A DNA stretch of 64,000 nucleotides, from positions 1,454 through 65,453 of the forward strand of contig JBEAQU010000032.1 of NCBI GenBank assembly GCA_041163745.1. Reading direction: 5' to 3'. Shown here piece after piece: positions 46,901 to 55,540 of the stretch (position 1 is the stretch's first letter; each line of letters opens with the position of its first letter). Under the pieces are notes generated by a model. That model searched no databases. It was not told the origin of the DNA and saw only the letters and a program-made list of their open reading frames with translations. The position numbers were made by a program, and so were the translations under genes. This DNA comes from Bacteroidota bacterium (lineage in GTDB: Bacteria; Bacteroidota; Bacteroidia; Chitinophagales; Saprospiraceae).

Positions 46901-49893
46901 GTAACGGTGGCGCTGCCGCTCACGCTACCCGGGCAGTTGTCGTCCTGCATGGTCAGGAGGGAGACGGGGGTGCTGGCGGCGGCATTGATGGTCAGCGTGT
47001 AGGGGTTGTTGGTGATTCCGTTGACGGTCTGTTGGCCGGCGGTGGTCTCATAAGTCACACTCCAGGGGCCGACCCCGGTGAAGGCCACGCTCAGGGAGGC
47101 CGGCGTTCCGGCGCAGACTATAGGATTTCCGCTGAGGGTGGCGGTTGGCACTTCATAGAAGGTGATGGGGGTGCCTTGGGAGACATCGAGACAGGGGTCT
47201 GATAGGTTCACACTCCCGCTGCCGTTGTCATCCCCTACCACTGCGGAGAGGTAATAGGTTGTACCGTAGTCCATGGAGCCGGGCAGGAAGGATATTTCCG
47301 GGGTCGGGAAGGTGCCGAGGATGGGCGGGACGATATTGACGCCGTTGCCGAGATGGAGGACGAAGGCGAGGGTGTCGTTTCCGTCGAACACCTGGCTGGC
47401 GGGGTCATAGACTGCGGTGACCGGACCCTCTCCGCAGACTTCCAGGGGAGAGAGGTCCATGGAGCCGGCCTTGGTGTCGCAATCGCAGATCACGATATCA
47501 TCGGACACGGTGAGGGGGTTGCAACCGTTGGCATCATCGACGACAAAAGAGTAACCGGTTCCGCTCAGGAGGGGATTGCTGGTAAAGATGTTACCGTTCA
47601 AGGACCCTGTATTGGGGGTGACGGAATAGGGTGGCGTTCCGCCATTGATGGTGAAGGACACCGAATAATTGGTATTGGTAGGGTCGCAGGAAGTGGTGAT
47701 GTTACTGACAGTGGGGGCGGTATTGACCGTCACGGTACCAGTCCCGGAGACGCTTCCTTCACAGCCGTTGGCATCGACGACCGAGAGGAGGGAGATGCTG
47801 CCTGCCTGAGCTTGTCCGACAGACAGGGTGTGGAGGCTGTCGGTGGCGGTGAAGGGAGCCTGGGGATTCCCGTTGACGGCCCAGGAAACGGTCCAGGGAG
47901 CGGCGCCGGTCAGTGTGACAGATAGCGCGGCTGTCTGACCGCTGCCCTGGCAGATGCTTTGTGTTCCGGAAAGTATGGCGGTGGGGACATCGAATTCTGC
48001 GATGGTGGCCGTACCGCTGACCGAACCGGGGCATCCGGCCCCGCCGACGATTCCGGTCAGTAAGTACGTACCGATTTCGGAAGCGAGGAGGGTGAAGGGG
48101 CTGGTGGTGATGGTGAGCGGTGGTTGTGCCTGGCCATTGATTTCATAGCCGACAGACCAGGGGCTGATACCAGTGAGCGTAAGGGTAAGCGCTACCGAAT
48201 CGCCGCTGCCGGTGCAGACCAAGCCGCCGCCGGACAGGGTGGCGGTGGGGGCGGTGGCGACCACGACCGTGAGGCAGGCCTGGTTGCTGGAGCCACAGTC
48301 ATTGTCGGCTGTCGCACATATTTGGAAGGTTCCGGATCCTGGCCAGCTGACTGAAACGGACGTGGAATCCACTTGGCTGACGGGGGTCCCGTTCGAGGTG
48401 GTCCAGGTGTAGCCGGTCGGGGCGGGCTGACCGACGGGGGAGACGGTGTACAGGACGGTATCCAAAGCACAGGGGTTCGCGGGTCCGTTCACCTGGGGTG
48501 TCTGGGGGAGGTCGTCATCCTTGATGACCGTCACGCATTTGGTTTCCGAGCAGGAGACGCCCCCGCGGGCATGGGTGACGGTCAGGCAATACTGACCGGG
48601 TTGAGTAGCGTTGACGGTCGGGCCGTTGGCAGGGCCGCTGATGCCGCCGGCGGGGCCGGTCCAACTGTAGGCAGTGGTGGCATTCACATGACATTCGCTT
48701 GCCACGGTGGAGGCCGTCCCATCGATGACGATGCTGGAGCCGGGTGTGCAATCGAGCACACCGGGCTGTGCGAGAATCGCTTTCGGATTGAGGATGGCGA
48801 GGTCTACGATGACGGTGGAGTCACAACCTTGCCAATTTTCGCAGGTTTGGGCGATCGGGCCGCATTCCGTGAAGGTATTGCCGCAGATGTTGAAGGTTTG
48901 GGGAGCGCAGATGGTCACTTCCCCGAGATCGTTGAAAACCGGGAAGATCGGGTTGATGACACAGTTGACAAGGCTGTCGCACCCCAGCCAGGAGGTCAGG
49001 ACAACGGGTGTGACGCCGGGCGTGCAGACCAGTTGTCCAGCGCAGGGTACGCAATCGCCCAGGCAGGCGTCCAATTCCTCAAAGGTCGGGGGGATGGGCT
49101 GGATGCTCACGATGACGGGGGAGCTGATGTTTCCTCCGAAGCAGACGTTGTTATAGGAGGCCGTGATGGTGGCCACCCCGATGCTGAGCCACTGCACGGT
49201 GACGGTAGGCTGGTCGTTGGGACCTACGATGACGCCGTTCGGTTCGATACCGAACCATTGAATTTCATTGGAGTTGTTCCCGCAGCTTTCCGTAGGTGGC
49301 GGCACCATGGAATAAGTGACGGTCGCCCCCGGACAGACCTCCGTCGGACCGACGACCGACAGCGGACCGGGGTTCGGCGGGACCATGCAGTCGGTAGTGG
49401 TGATGGTGTACTCACAGAAATCCCCTGCGAAACCGTCAATCATCAGGTAATAAGTGCAATACGGCGACAATCCCGAAGCGGTGACGGAGCCTTGCGTGGC
49501 GGCCCCCGGGCTCCAGCAGTTGGAGACGGATACAAAGTCGTTGCAGGAGTTGGTGGAATAAATCTCCGCTTGAATACCCTGGTTCTGCACGCAATTGAAA
49601 ACGTTGAAGTTGAATGTCACCGTACCGGACGGGGGGGCCAGAAAAGCGAACCACTGGTTATTTTCAATGGTTCCGCAGAAAGGCCCGGGAACATCACAGG
49701 CGTTGGATCCCGGTACCGTTGAACCCGTGTAGCCGCTGAGCAGGCAGGGATCGCACATGATGCAGGCGTCTTCCGCGCACAAGCCTGGCGGCGGGACACC
49801 GGGGCACAGTTCCTGGTTGCATTGTGCCGCCAAATGAGCGGAGACGGACAGGCACAGCAGAATCTGCAAGAACAAGGTAAAGACTCTCTTCAT
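43972..49893 (-). CDS. giant cell-surface adhesin-like protein with T9SS type-B (gliding motility-associated) C-terminal sorting domain
   Basis: ATG 49893 (49896 is TTG) gives the signal peptide MKRVFTLFLQILLCLSVSAHLAAQ and a Cys-rich N-domain. Many Ig-like modules follow. The C-terminus VFVPNAFSPNNDGVNDLF...FNRWGETVF...GTYWY-like is the type-B sorting domain. Confidence 0.9.
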   Translation of the reverse strand: MKRVFTLFLQILLCLSVSAHLAAQCNQELCPGVPPPGLCAEDACIMCDPCLLSGYTGSTVPGSNACDVPGPFCGTIENNQWFAFLAPPSGTVTFNFNVFNCVQNQGIQAEIYSTNSCNDFVSVSNCWSPGAATQGSVTASGLSPYCTYYLMIDGFAGDFCEYTITTTDCMVPPNPGPLSVVGPTEVCPGATVTYSMVPPPTESCGNNSNEIQWFGIEPNGVIVGPNDQPTVTVQWLSIGVATITASYNNVCFGGNISSPVIVSIQPIPPTFEELDACLGDCVPCAGQLVCTPGVTPVVLTSWLGCDSLVNCVINPIFPVFNDLGEVTICAPQTFNICGNTFTECGPIAQTCENWQGCDSTVIVDLAILNPKAILAQPGVLDCTPGSSIVIDGTASTVASECHVNATTAYSWTGPAGGISGPANGPTVNATQPGQYCLTVTHARGGVSCSETKCVTVIKDDDLPQTPQVNGPANPCALDTVLYTVSPVGQPAPTGYTWTTSNGTPVSQVDSTSVSVSWPGSGTFQICATADNDCGSSNQACLTVVVATAPTATLSGGGLVCTGSGDSVALTLTLTGISPWSVGYEINGQAQPPLTITTSPFTLLASEIGTYLLTGIVGGAGCPGSVSGTATIAEFDVPTAILSGTQSICQGSGQTAALSVTLTGAAPWTVSWAVNGNPQAPFTATDSLHTLSVGQAQAGSISLLSVVDANGCEGSVSGTGTVTVNTAPTVSNITTSCDPTNTNYSVSFTINGGTPPYSVTPNTGSLNGNIFTSNPLLSGTGYSFVVDDANGCNPLTVSDDIVICDCDTKAGSMDLSPLEVCGEGPVTAVYDPASQVFDGNDTLAFVLHLGNGVNIVPPILGTFPTPEISFLPGSMDYGTTYYLSAVVGDDNGSGSVNLSDPCLDVSQGTPITFYEVPTATLSGNPIVCAGTPASLSVAFTGVGPWSVTYETTAGQQTVNGITNNPYTLTINAAASTPVSLLTMQDDNCPGSVSGSATVTVNTAVNASAETICDLGGTFYTVQLTITGGDPGSYSVSPATGTLTGNVFVSDPITAGEGYLFTVTDANGCAPKTLQQTEVFCDCTTDVGVMVGPPLTVCGTGPVTAVYDLTEQVLDPDDIRVFILHTNSGTNPGTVLATQQDDPTFGFNPANMSYGVTYYISAAVGNGLPTGTVDLSDPCLQVAQGTPVTFYEIPTATLAGSTALCLGASTELTISLTGEQPFQFSINGEDLSGITTTDLTYSVTPGLTTSYELLNFQDENCPGTVDGQAVVQVNTAPVISNGTSACDPDTNTYTVVFSITGGDPASYAVSPPNTGSLSNGVFTSNNIPSDVFHTFIVSDANGCGSDTISGVLDCNCETFAGTMPAGPLDACLNEGIAIFGGSTGEVLDPDDVLWYYLHTGSGASLGTVLAVNSQAGFNFNPNTMQAGTTYYISAVAANNDGTGAVDLTDFCLSVAPGTPVVWNPLPDVSLVASDAVCEGAAAQVVFSMDGVGPYNISYAVNGTPTSSSNITSPFTLALNPTIQTVIQMIAVTDLGAGCATPTAAADTILVSAAVDAGIPTAPLSFCEGDDAMVDLATLLSGADPDGSWLTAAGAAVPNGMVNTNSLPVGANTFTYTVSASPPCTDDQSAVVVAVSPSPVANAGQDQGLNCDLASVTLGSTSQPGLSYQWSGGVDNPGVANPSTSSPGTYTLVVTDNLSGCSATDAVTVSQIVTLPEPHITVSGVSCFGDQDGFILVDSITNGLPPYLCAFNGGPFSTQKQFTNLSPGEYTLEIVDAAGCERTVTFEVAEPSLVDVSIVMVSEGDDNIISLGDSALLTIDVSPAFDSLDAVVWTPEDAVPCPTCPENWVTPTTQTTFSVTVDKDGCQDSDNLTVFVRKDRPVFVPNAFSPNNDGVNDLFQLYAGPQVLRIKSFLVFNRWGETVFQSFGFEPNDPAVYWDGLYRGKPLDPGVFTWFAEIEFVDGRLQLYEGDLTLVR
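45247..48258 (-). repeat. in-frame modular repeats within the adhesin gene
   Basis: Five copies of a ~85-aa module occur (PTATLSG..C.G....L.V.LTG..PW.V.Y..NG...). Three of them are embedded in ~273-aa super-repeats starting at about aa 725, 1001 and 1273 (NTAPTVSN..., NTAVNASA..., NTAPVISN...). The copies are diverged, not identical. Confidence 0.75.
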
Positions 49894-50066
49894 CAAACTA
49901 TTTGTTTTAAATTAACGCTTTTGAAAGCTAGCCGAATAATTTTCCACCTGGAGGCATCGGTTGCTTTTCCTGGCGAATTCCGGAAGTTACGGGCCGGATG
50001 TTGTGCGTCGGCGGGTGCGGTCCGGTGTCAACATCGGGACGCCGCCGAGTGAATTGACCTGTCGAA

Positions 50067-50110
50067 AACACAAGAAACAAACCTGCCGCAGCAGGTTTGT
50101 TTCTTGTGTT
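50067..50110 (-). terminator. 20-bp perfect hairpin (possible terminator/insulator)
   Basis: AACACAAGAAACAAACCTGC-CGCA-GCAGGTTTGTTTCTTGTGTT, followed on the minus strand by TTTTCGAC. It lies 354 nt after the PQQ dehydrogenase stop and ~170 nt before the adhesin start. Confidence 0.45.
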
Positions 50111-50463
50111 CCGGGGGGCGTGCCTTTATCTGGCCGACCGGTTATCTCGATTGTCAACATGACCTAACACCACTGCGCTAGCCTGTCGTTCCAAGCCGGA
50201 AAATTTTTGGATTCAGGTTGCAAAGTAATTGAAATCAAGGGGTTGCTATCAGAAAAATCACTATCCGAGGAAGAAAATATCAACGGATGTTTAGGAAAGA
50301 CAATTGTAAAGTTATAGACAAGATGCTGTGTTTTTCAAATAATTGCCAATTTTTGGCGGACAGGTGTCACAAAGGGCGAACAAAGTAGGGCGGGCAAGCG
50401 CATTTTCTGCTGGCCATGGTGATGTTGTAACATGCCGCGTGGTGCGTCGAGATTGAGTGGCGG

Positions 50464-52572
50464 TCATTTTCCTTGCGGCAGGGAAAAAGCTACCCAAGCA
50501 TCCCCGGAGGGCGTTCCCATCTTCCCACCGCCACAGGCGATGACCAGGTATTGGACTCCGTCGACCATATAGGTGGCCGGGGTGGCATAGCCGCCGGCGG
50601 GCAGCGGAGCCTCCCAGACCTGCCTTCCGTCGCGCACATCGAAGGCCCTTATTTTTTCATCCCGGGTGGCGGCGATGAAGACCAAACCACCGGAAGTGAC
50701 TACCGGACCGCCGTAGTTCTCGGTTCCGGTCGGATGGCCGGCATCCAGCCCCCAGTCTCCCAGGGGTACCTGCCAACGTATGCTACCCTGGTTGAGGTCG
50801 ACGGCAGCCAGCGTACCCCAGGGGGGAGCGATGGCAGGCATACCGCGGGAATCGAGGAACCGGTTATAGCCGTCCGCGTGGAAGGGGATGGGATTTTCCA
50901 AATCGGAAAGGGTCTTGGTGGTGGGAGCATGGGGCAACCCGAAGAGATAATCGACTAGGGCCGTCATTGCGTCGGCGGAAATCTGCCGGAAGGAAGGCAT
51001 CCTGTTCCGGCCGTTCTCCAGCAAGGATTCCACCGATGCTCTGTTCTGCCGGTCGGACAGACCTTTGAGGGAGGGGTAGGCACCTTGCTGGTCCCCTTCC
51101 AGGTCCGATCCGTGGCAGGTGGAACAGAAGCGGTCGTAGAGCTGTCGTCCCGGGTGTGCGGCAGGATCGGGCGGCGGGGCGGGAAGCATGGTCTGCACCC
51201 AAGGCATTTCATTGACATTCACATAAAGGATGCCGTCCGGATCCGCCGCTGCCCCACCCCATTCAGCCCCTCCGTCGAAACCAGGGAATATCAACAGAGG
51301 ACTGGTATCGGGAGGCAGGAACATATGGGAATGGCGGATGCGCCGGATGCTGTCGGCCAGTATATCCCGATCCGGGCTGAAAGGATTGATGTCCGTTGCG
51401 GTGACGGACTGCCGGACCAGCGGGGGCGGGGCGAGGGGGCGGGGCTGGGTAGGCCAGGCGGCTTCGCCGGGCAGCTCGCTTGGCGGAACCGGTTCCTCCA
51501 CGATGGGAAACAGGGGGGTTCCGGTCATCCGGTCGAAAAGGAAGACAAAGCCGGATTTCGTGACTTGCGCCACGGCGGGGATTTTCCGGCCGTTCCGGAG
51601 AACCGTCACCAGATTGGGTGGTGCGGGCAGGTCTCTGTCCCACAGGTCGTGGTGAACGGTCTGGAAATGCCAGCGACGCGTGCCCGTGCGGGCATCGAGG
51701 GCGAGAAGGCAATTGGCAAACAGGTTGGCTCCGGTCCGGTTACCGCCCCAGAAATCATAAGCGGCGGATCCGGTCGGTACGAAAACCGTCGCGGTGGATT
51801 CGTCCAGGGACAAGCCGGCCCAGGCGTTGACTGCCCCTGCTTCCTTCCAAGCGTCCGGATCGTCCCAAGTCTCGTACCCTGCTTCACCAGGCCGGGGAAT
51901 CGTATGGAAGACCCATCGGACCGTGCCGGTACGCACGTCATATGCCCTGATGTGACCCGGTGCGGCACCCCAGGCCTCATCCACACGGCTGCCAACGATA
52001 TACAGGTCCTCGAATACGATGCCGGGCGTATTGGCCATAACGAACTTATGCCTGTTCTCGTCACCGAGACCGTCATGCAGGCTTACCCTGCCTTGGTTAC
52101 CGAAGGTGAGGATGGGCTCCCCCGTGTCGGGATCCAGGGCATAGAGAAACGGGCCGACGGCCGCCAGCAGACGGCGCTCCGCACCCTCCTCCCACCATGC
52201 CAGGCCACGGTTAATGGTTAGGCCGGTCGCGTACCCGGTGCGGAAGCGCCAACGTTCCGTCCCGGAATCCGCAGCCAAGGCAAAGACCTGCATGTCCGGG
52301 GTGGTTCCGTACAGGACGCCGTCTATCACCAATGGATTGCATTGTATCTGTGACCGGTTGCGGACGGTATCCGCACCGCCGCAATGATAAACCCAAGCCA
52401 CCTGTAGCCGATCGACATTGGAGACATCGAGCTGATCGATGTCGGCATATTGGGAACTGAGCTTGTCTCCCAGGTAAGAAGCCCAGTCGACCTGCCGCGG
52501 CACTTGCCGACAACCGACGGCGGCGAGCAGGAGCAGGCCATACAACGGAAATGATTTCTTCATCCGCATCAT
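50464..52572 (-). CDS. PQQ-dependent dehydrogenase (beta-propeller) with embedded cytochrome c domain
   Basis: A signal/lipobox-like N-terminus (LLLLAAVGC), PQQ-propeller W-motifs, and a CSTCH haem-binding motif (51126-51112) with downstream RMPSF. Propeller blades resume after the cytochrome segment. Confidence 0.88.
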   Translation of the reverse strand: MMRMKKSFPLYGLLLLAAVGCRQVPRQVDWASYLGDKLSSQYADIDQLDVSNVDRLQVAWVYHCGGADTVRNRSQIQCNPLVIDGVLYGTTPDMQVFALAADSGTERWRFRTGYATGLTINRGLAWWEEGAERRLLAAVGPFLYALDPDTGEPILTFGNQGRVSLHDGLGDENRHKFVMANTPGIVFEDLYIVGSRVDEAWGAAPGHIRAYDVRTGTVRWVFHTIPRPGEAGYETWDDPDAWKEAGAVNAWAGLSLDESTATVFVPTGSAAYDFWGGNRTGANLFANCLLALDARTGTRRWHFQTVHHDLWDRDLPAPPNLVTVLRNGRKIPAVAQVTKSGFVFLFDRMTGTPLFPIVEEPVPPSELPGEAAWPTQPRPLAPPPLVRQSVTATDINPFSPDRDILADSIRRIRHSHMFLPPDTSPLLIFPGFDGGAEWGGAAADPDGILYVNVNEMPWVQTMLPAPPPDPAAHPGRQLYDRFCSTCHGSDLEGDQQGAYPSLKGLSDRQNRASVESLLENGRNRMPSFRQISADAMTALVDYLFGLPHAPTTKTLSDLENPIPFHADGYNRFLDSRGMPAIAPPWGTLAAVDLNQGSIRWQVPLGDWGLDAGHPTGTENYGGPVVTSGGLVFIAATRDEKIRAFDVRDGRQVWEAPLPAGGYATPATYMVDGVQYLVIACGGGKMGTPSGDAWVAFSLPQGK

Positions 52573-52696
52573 TTTGAATTCTCTGAAAATGGCGCAAATC
52601 CGGTAAAGAAACTAAAATCCGAACAAATTTTCGGCAGGACCTCCGGCCGTAGCAATAAAATGTATGGCGAGGGATTTCCGGCAAAGGGCTGCGACA

Positions 52697-52936
52697 AGGT
52701 TTAAACCTCGGCGAGGTTTAAACCTCACCGACTTTTGTCAACAACCCGACAAACATGCATCGCGCCAATCTGCGCCCACGACCGGCAACCGACCTCCGGG
52801 TGGCGAATACCGAACCTCGGCGAGGTTCTAACCTCGCCGAGGTTAGAACCTCACCGACTTTTGTCAACAACCCGACAAACAGGCATCGCGCCAGTCTGCG
52901 CCCACGACCGGCAACCGACCTCCGGATGGCGAATAC
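52697..52936. repeat. tandem direct repeat (period 126 bp, 2 copies) with nested palindromes
   Basis: The 90-nt cores 52721-52810 and 52847-52936 differ at 3 positions. Each is preceded by self-complementary modules: AGGTTTAAACCT twice at 52697-52725, and GAACCTCGGCGAGGTTC plus CTAACCTCGCCGAGGTTAG at 52812-52846. Confidence 0.9.
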
Positions 52937-53198
52937 AGACCCTTCGGCGAAGTCACCGAACTGAACTTTTCGAAAAAAAGATACTTGGGTTGGAGGGAGA
53001 AGTAAAAAAACGAATTTTTGCACGCTGCAAAAATCAACACCGGAAGTTCCTTCGATTCTTACCGAACCTATATGCAGCCACCCTAACAGCTGCGCTGTAC
53101 ATTACAGCGGATCACCGTCTCTCAAATGACTGTATGCCGCCGACGGGCCGATGACACGCTGCCTGGCCGCCGCAGATGGTGTTGAAAACCTGAACCTG

Positions 53199-54212
53199 AT
53201 GCGACAATTCATCTTATCACCTCAACGTTGGGCAATCCTTCATCTTTGCCTGTTACCGGCCTTCATCACCAATGCCCAGGAAACACCGGACACGACCGAA
53301 ATAACCTCACCTTGGGAATTCCAATACACCCAAGGTATCGATCTGGGGCAGCTATTGGTCATCAACCCCCGTCCGGGCAGCGGCTCCAATTTCATAAACC
53401 TGGGCGGCAACACTACCCTCGTGTCCAAATACGACGCAGCCGCCCTTTTCTGGAACAACACCGTCAGCTGGCAGATCGGCATACAGCGCGTCGGTGCGGG
53501 AACCTTGCCGTTCGGGGGCGCGCTGCCCTTCAGCAAGAGTATGGACCTGTTGAGCTACAATACCGTCCTCGGCCGGAAGATGTCTCCCGGGACCCGCTAT
53601 TATTTCAGCGGATATTTCACCTTCCTGAGCCAGGCCATACCTACCTATCCCGGCAATTTCCTGAAGGACGTAACTGAGGACGGTTCCGGCTACCCCATCT
53701 CCAGGTTCCTTTCCCCCGCCCGCCTTGAAGTGGCCCCTTCCGTGTCTTTCAAATCCAACGACAAGAAATTCACGGCCCTGTACACGCCGATAGCCTACAA
53801 GGCCATCATCGTACGTGACGACCGTATCGCGGCATTGGGAATCCATGGCAACCCGGTCATCCGCGTGGACGGACAGGTCGTCTCCTACGAGCGAACCGAC
53901 AACCAGCTGGGCTCCCTGCTGAACCTGACCTTTTCCGACACCTACCGGGAGAAGCAGTTCAAGCTGACCTCCAGCCTGACACTGTATGCCAACTACCTCA
54001 ATCATCCGGAGCGGGTGGATGTGGAATGGAACGCCGAGTTCGCCGCCAAACTGGTTCGCAACCTGTCCGTCGCCGTCAAAACCAACCTGTTCTACGATTA
54101 CGACATCCTGGTATTCAAAACGGACGCTGACAAGCCGTTCAACGAATGGAAAACCGGCAGGGGGGTCAGTTTCTCAGAACAGGTATCCGCCAAATACAGC
54201 CTCAATTTCTGA
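53199..54212 (+). CDS. putative outer-membrane beta-barrel protein (DUF3078-like)
   Basis: ATG 53199 gives the signal peptide MRQFILSPQRWAILHLCLLPAFITNAQ, alternating beta-strand pattern and a C-terminal aromatic residue (YSLNF). Confidence 0.65.
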   Translation: MRQFILSPQRWAILHLCLLPAFITNAQETPDTTEITSPWEFQYTQGIDLGQLLVINPRPGSGSNFINLGGNTTLVSKYDAAALFWNNTVSWQIGIQRVGAGTLPFGGALPFSKSMDLLSYNTVLGRKMSPGTRYYFSGYFTFLSQAIPTYPGNFLKDVTEDGSGYPISRFLSPARLEVAPSVSFKSNDKKFTALYTPIAYKAIIVRDDRIAALGIHGNPVIRVDGQVVSYERTDNQLGSLLNLTFSDTYREKQFKLTSSLTLYANYLNHPERVDVEWNAEFAAKLVRNLSVAVKTNLFYDYDILVFKTDADKPFNEWKTGRGVSFSEQVSAKYSLNF

Positions 54213-54483
54213 GCACGGTCCGGACCCTCCGCCGCTGAAACCCGAGTACGAAGCGATGCTGCAGCAAAGTCTTGCTTGCCGCCGTCGTCTAACGACGGGA
54301 ATTTCCCCGCAATTACTTACCTTAGCCGAATCGATCAACTTATCCCGGCGTCCAGAACCGACGTGGTCCTTCCGAAACTCGGCCGGCCGAATCCTCCGGT
54401 CGGACTTAACCGGCGGTGCAGGCCGCACCGCAGTGGAACAGGATCCCTGACCCTTCGGGACCGGGTACAACCAAACAAGCGCT

Positions 54484-55389
54484 ATGTTCTACAACCGCCG
54501 AAAATTCATCCGTTACGCCGGCACCATGGCTGCCGGCTCTTTCGTATGGTCCCAGCTTGGCAGCCACGCCGGTGAACCGCAGGTCGGTGTCGGTGCCGCC
54601 GAAACCGCCGTCGGTGACCTCGCGGAGTTCGGCCTACAACTCTACACACTGCGGGATGTCATCGGACAGGACCCGAAAGAAATACTCCGGCAAGTCGCCT
54701 CCTTCGGCTACAAACAGGTCGAGAGCTACGAAGGTAAGCAAGGCATGTTCTGGGGTATGGCACCGGCCGACTTCAAGGCTTACATGGACTCCCTCGGCAT
54801 GACCTGTATCTCCAGCCACTGCAACACCGGGGATGATTTCGAACGCAAGGCGGCAGAAGCGGCCTCCATCGGCATGCAATACCTGTTGTCGCCCTGGGTC
54901 GGCCCACAGCCGTCCCTGGACGACTGGAAAAGGATCGCCGACGAGTTCAACCGCCTGGGCGGTGTCTGCCGCGAAGCGGGAATCCGCTTCGCCTATCATA
55001 ACCACGACTATTCCTTCGTCCCCCTGGAGGACGGCACCGTCCCGCACGACTATCTGCTGGAAAACACCGACCCGGACCTGGTCGACTTCGAAATGGACAT
55101 CTACTGGGTGGTGGCGGCAGGTGCAGACCCGATCCGTTACCTCGAGCAACACCCCGGCCGCTGGCGCTTGTGCCATGTCAAGGACCGTATCAAGGGGGCG
55201 CCCATGACGGAAAAGGAGGCTTCCTGCGACTTGGGCACCGGTTCCATTGATTTCCCGGGGATCCTTCGGGTCGCCAAGGACGCCGGCATGTCCTACTACA
55301 TCGTCGAGCAGGAGCGGTACGACAATTCCACTTCCCTGCAGAGTGCGGCCGTGGATGCTGCCTATCTCAAGCACCTGCGGTTCTCCTGA
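54484..55389 (+). CDS. sugar phosphate isomerase/epimerase (xylose isomerase-like TIM barrel) with TAT signal
   Basis: [20 protein letters not shown] is a twin-arginine signal. The remainder looks like the AP endonuclease 2 / TIM barrel family. Confidence 0.8.
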   Translation: MFYNRRKFIRYAGTMAAGSFVWSQLGSHAGEPQVGVGAAETAVGDLAEFGLQLYTLRDVIGQDPKEILRQVASFGYKQVESYEGKQGMFWGMAPADFKAYMDSLGMTCISSHCNTGDDFERKAAEAASIGMQYLLSPWVGPQPSLDDWKRIADEFNRLGGVCREAGIRFAYHNHDYSFVPLEDGTVPHDYLLENTDPDLVDFEMDIYWVVAAGADPIRYLEQHPGRWRLCHVKDRIKGAPMTEKEASCDLGTGSIDFPGILRVAKDAGMSYYIVEQERYDNSTSLQSAAVDAAYLKHLRFS

Positions 55390-55401
55390 CAAGCCGGAAT
55401 G

Positions 55402-55437
55402 CGGACGGCCGGCACCGCCTGCGGTGCCGGCCGTCCG
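55402..55437. other. GC-rich 15-bp hairpin after the isomerase gene
   Basis: CGGACGGCCGGCACC-GCCTGC-GGTGCCGGCCGTCCG, 13 nt after the stop, with no U-tract. Confidence 0.4.
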
Positions 55438-55540
55438 AACCCTGCACCGGTCGTGTCCCGCCGGCCCGCCCCACCAAACAGGCCGATGGAAAACCGGTGC
55501 CACCCGTATTGCCAACGCCGGGTCCAACATATCCAAACCC

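Noticed and set aside
45451-49722. Several 150-450-aa plus-strand ORFs (45451-46362, 46483-47202, 47353-47925, 48373-49722)
   Set aside because: All are antisense to the giant adhesin gene. They are Gly/Asp/Val-rich mirror images of its Thr/Pro/Val-rich repeats.
50287-50388. 33-codon Cys-rich sORF (MFRKDNCKVIDKMLCFSNNCQFLADRCHKGRTK)
   Set aside because: I could find no promoter or ribosome-binding evidence and no homology I can recognise. It lies in AT-rich DNA, where short ORFs arise by chance. It is mentioned only inside the spacer finding.
52718-53154. ORFs 52718-53023 (-) and 52735-53154 (+) across the tandem repeat
   Set aside because: Their sequences simply repeat with the DNA repeat on both strands (for example LTKVGEV...RRSVAGRGRRLARC twice). 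They have no start context, so I interpret the region as non-coding repeat DNA.
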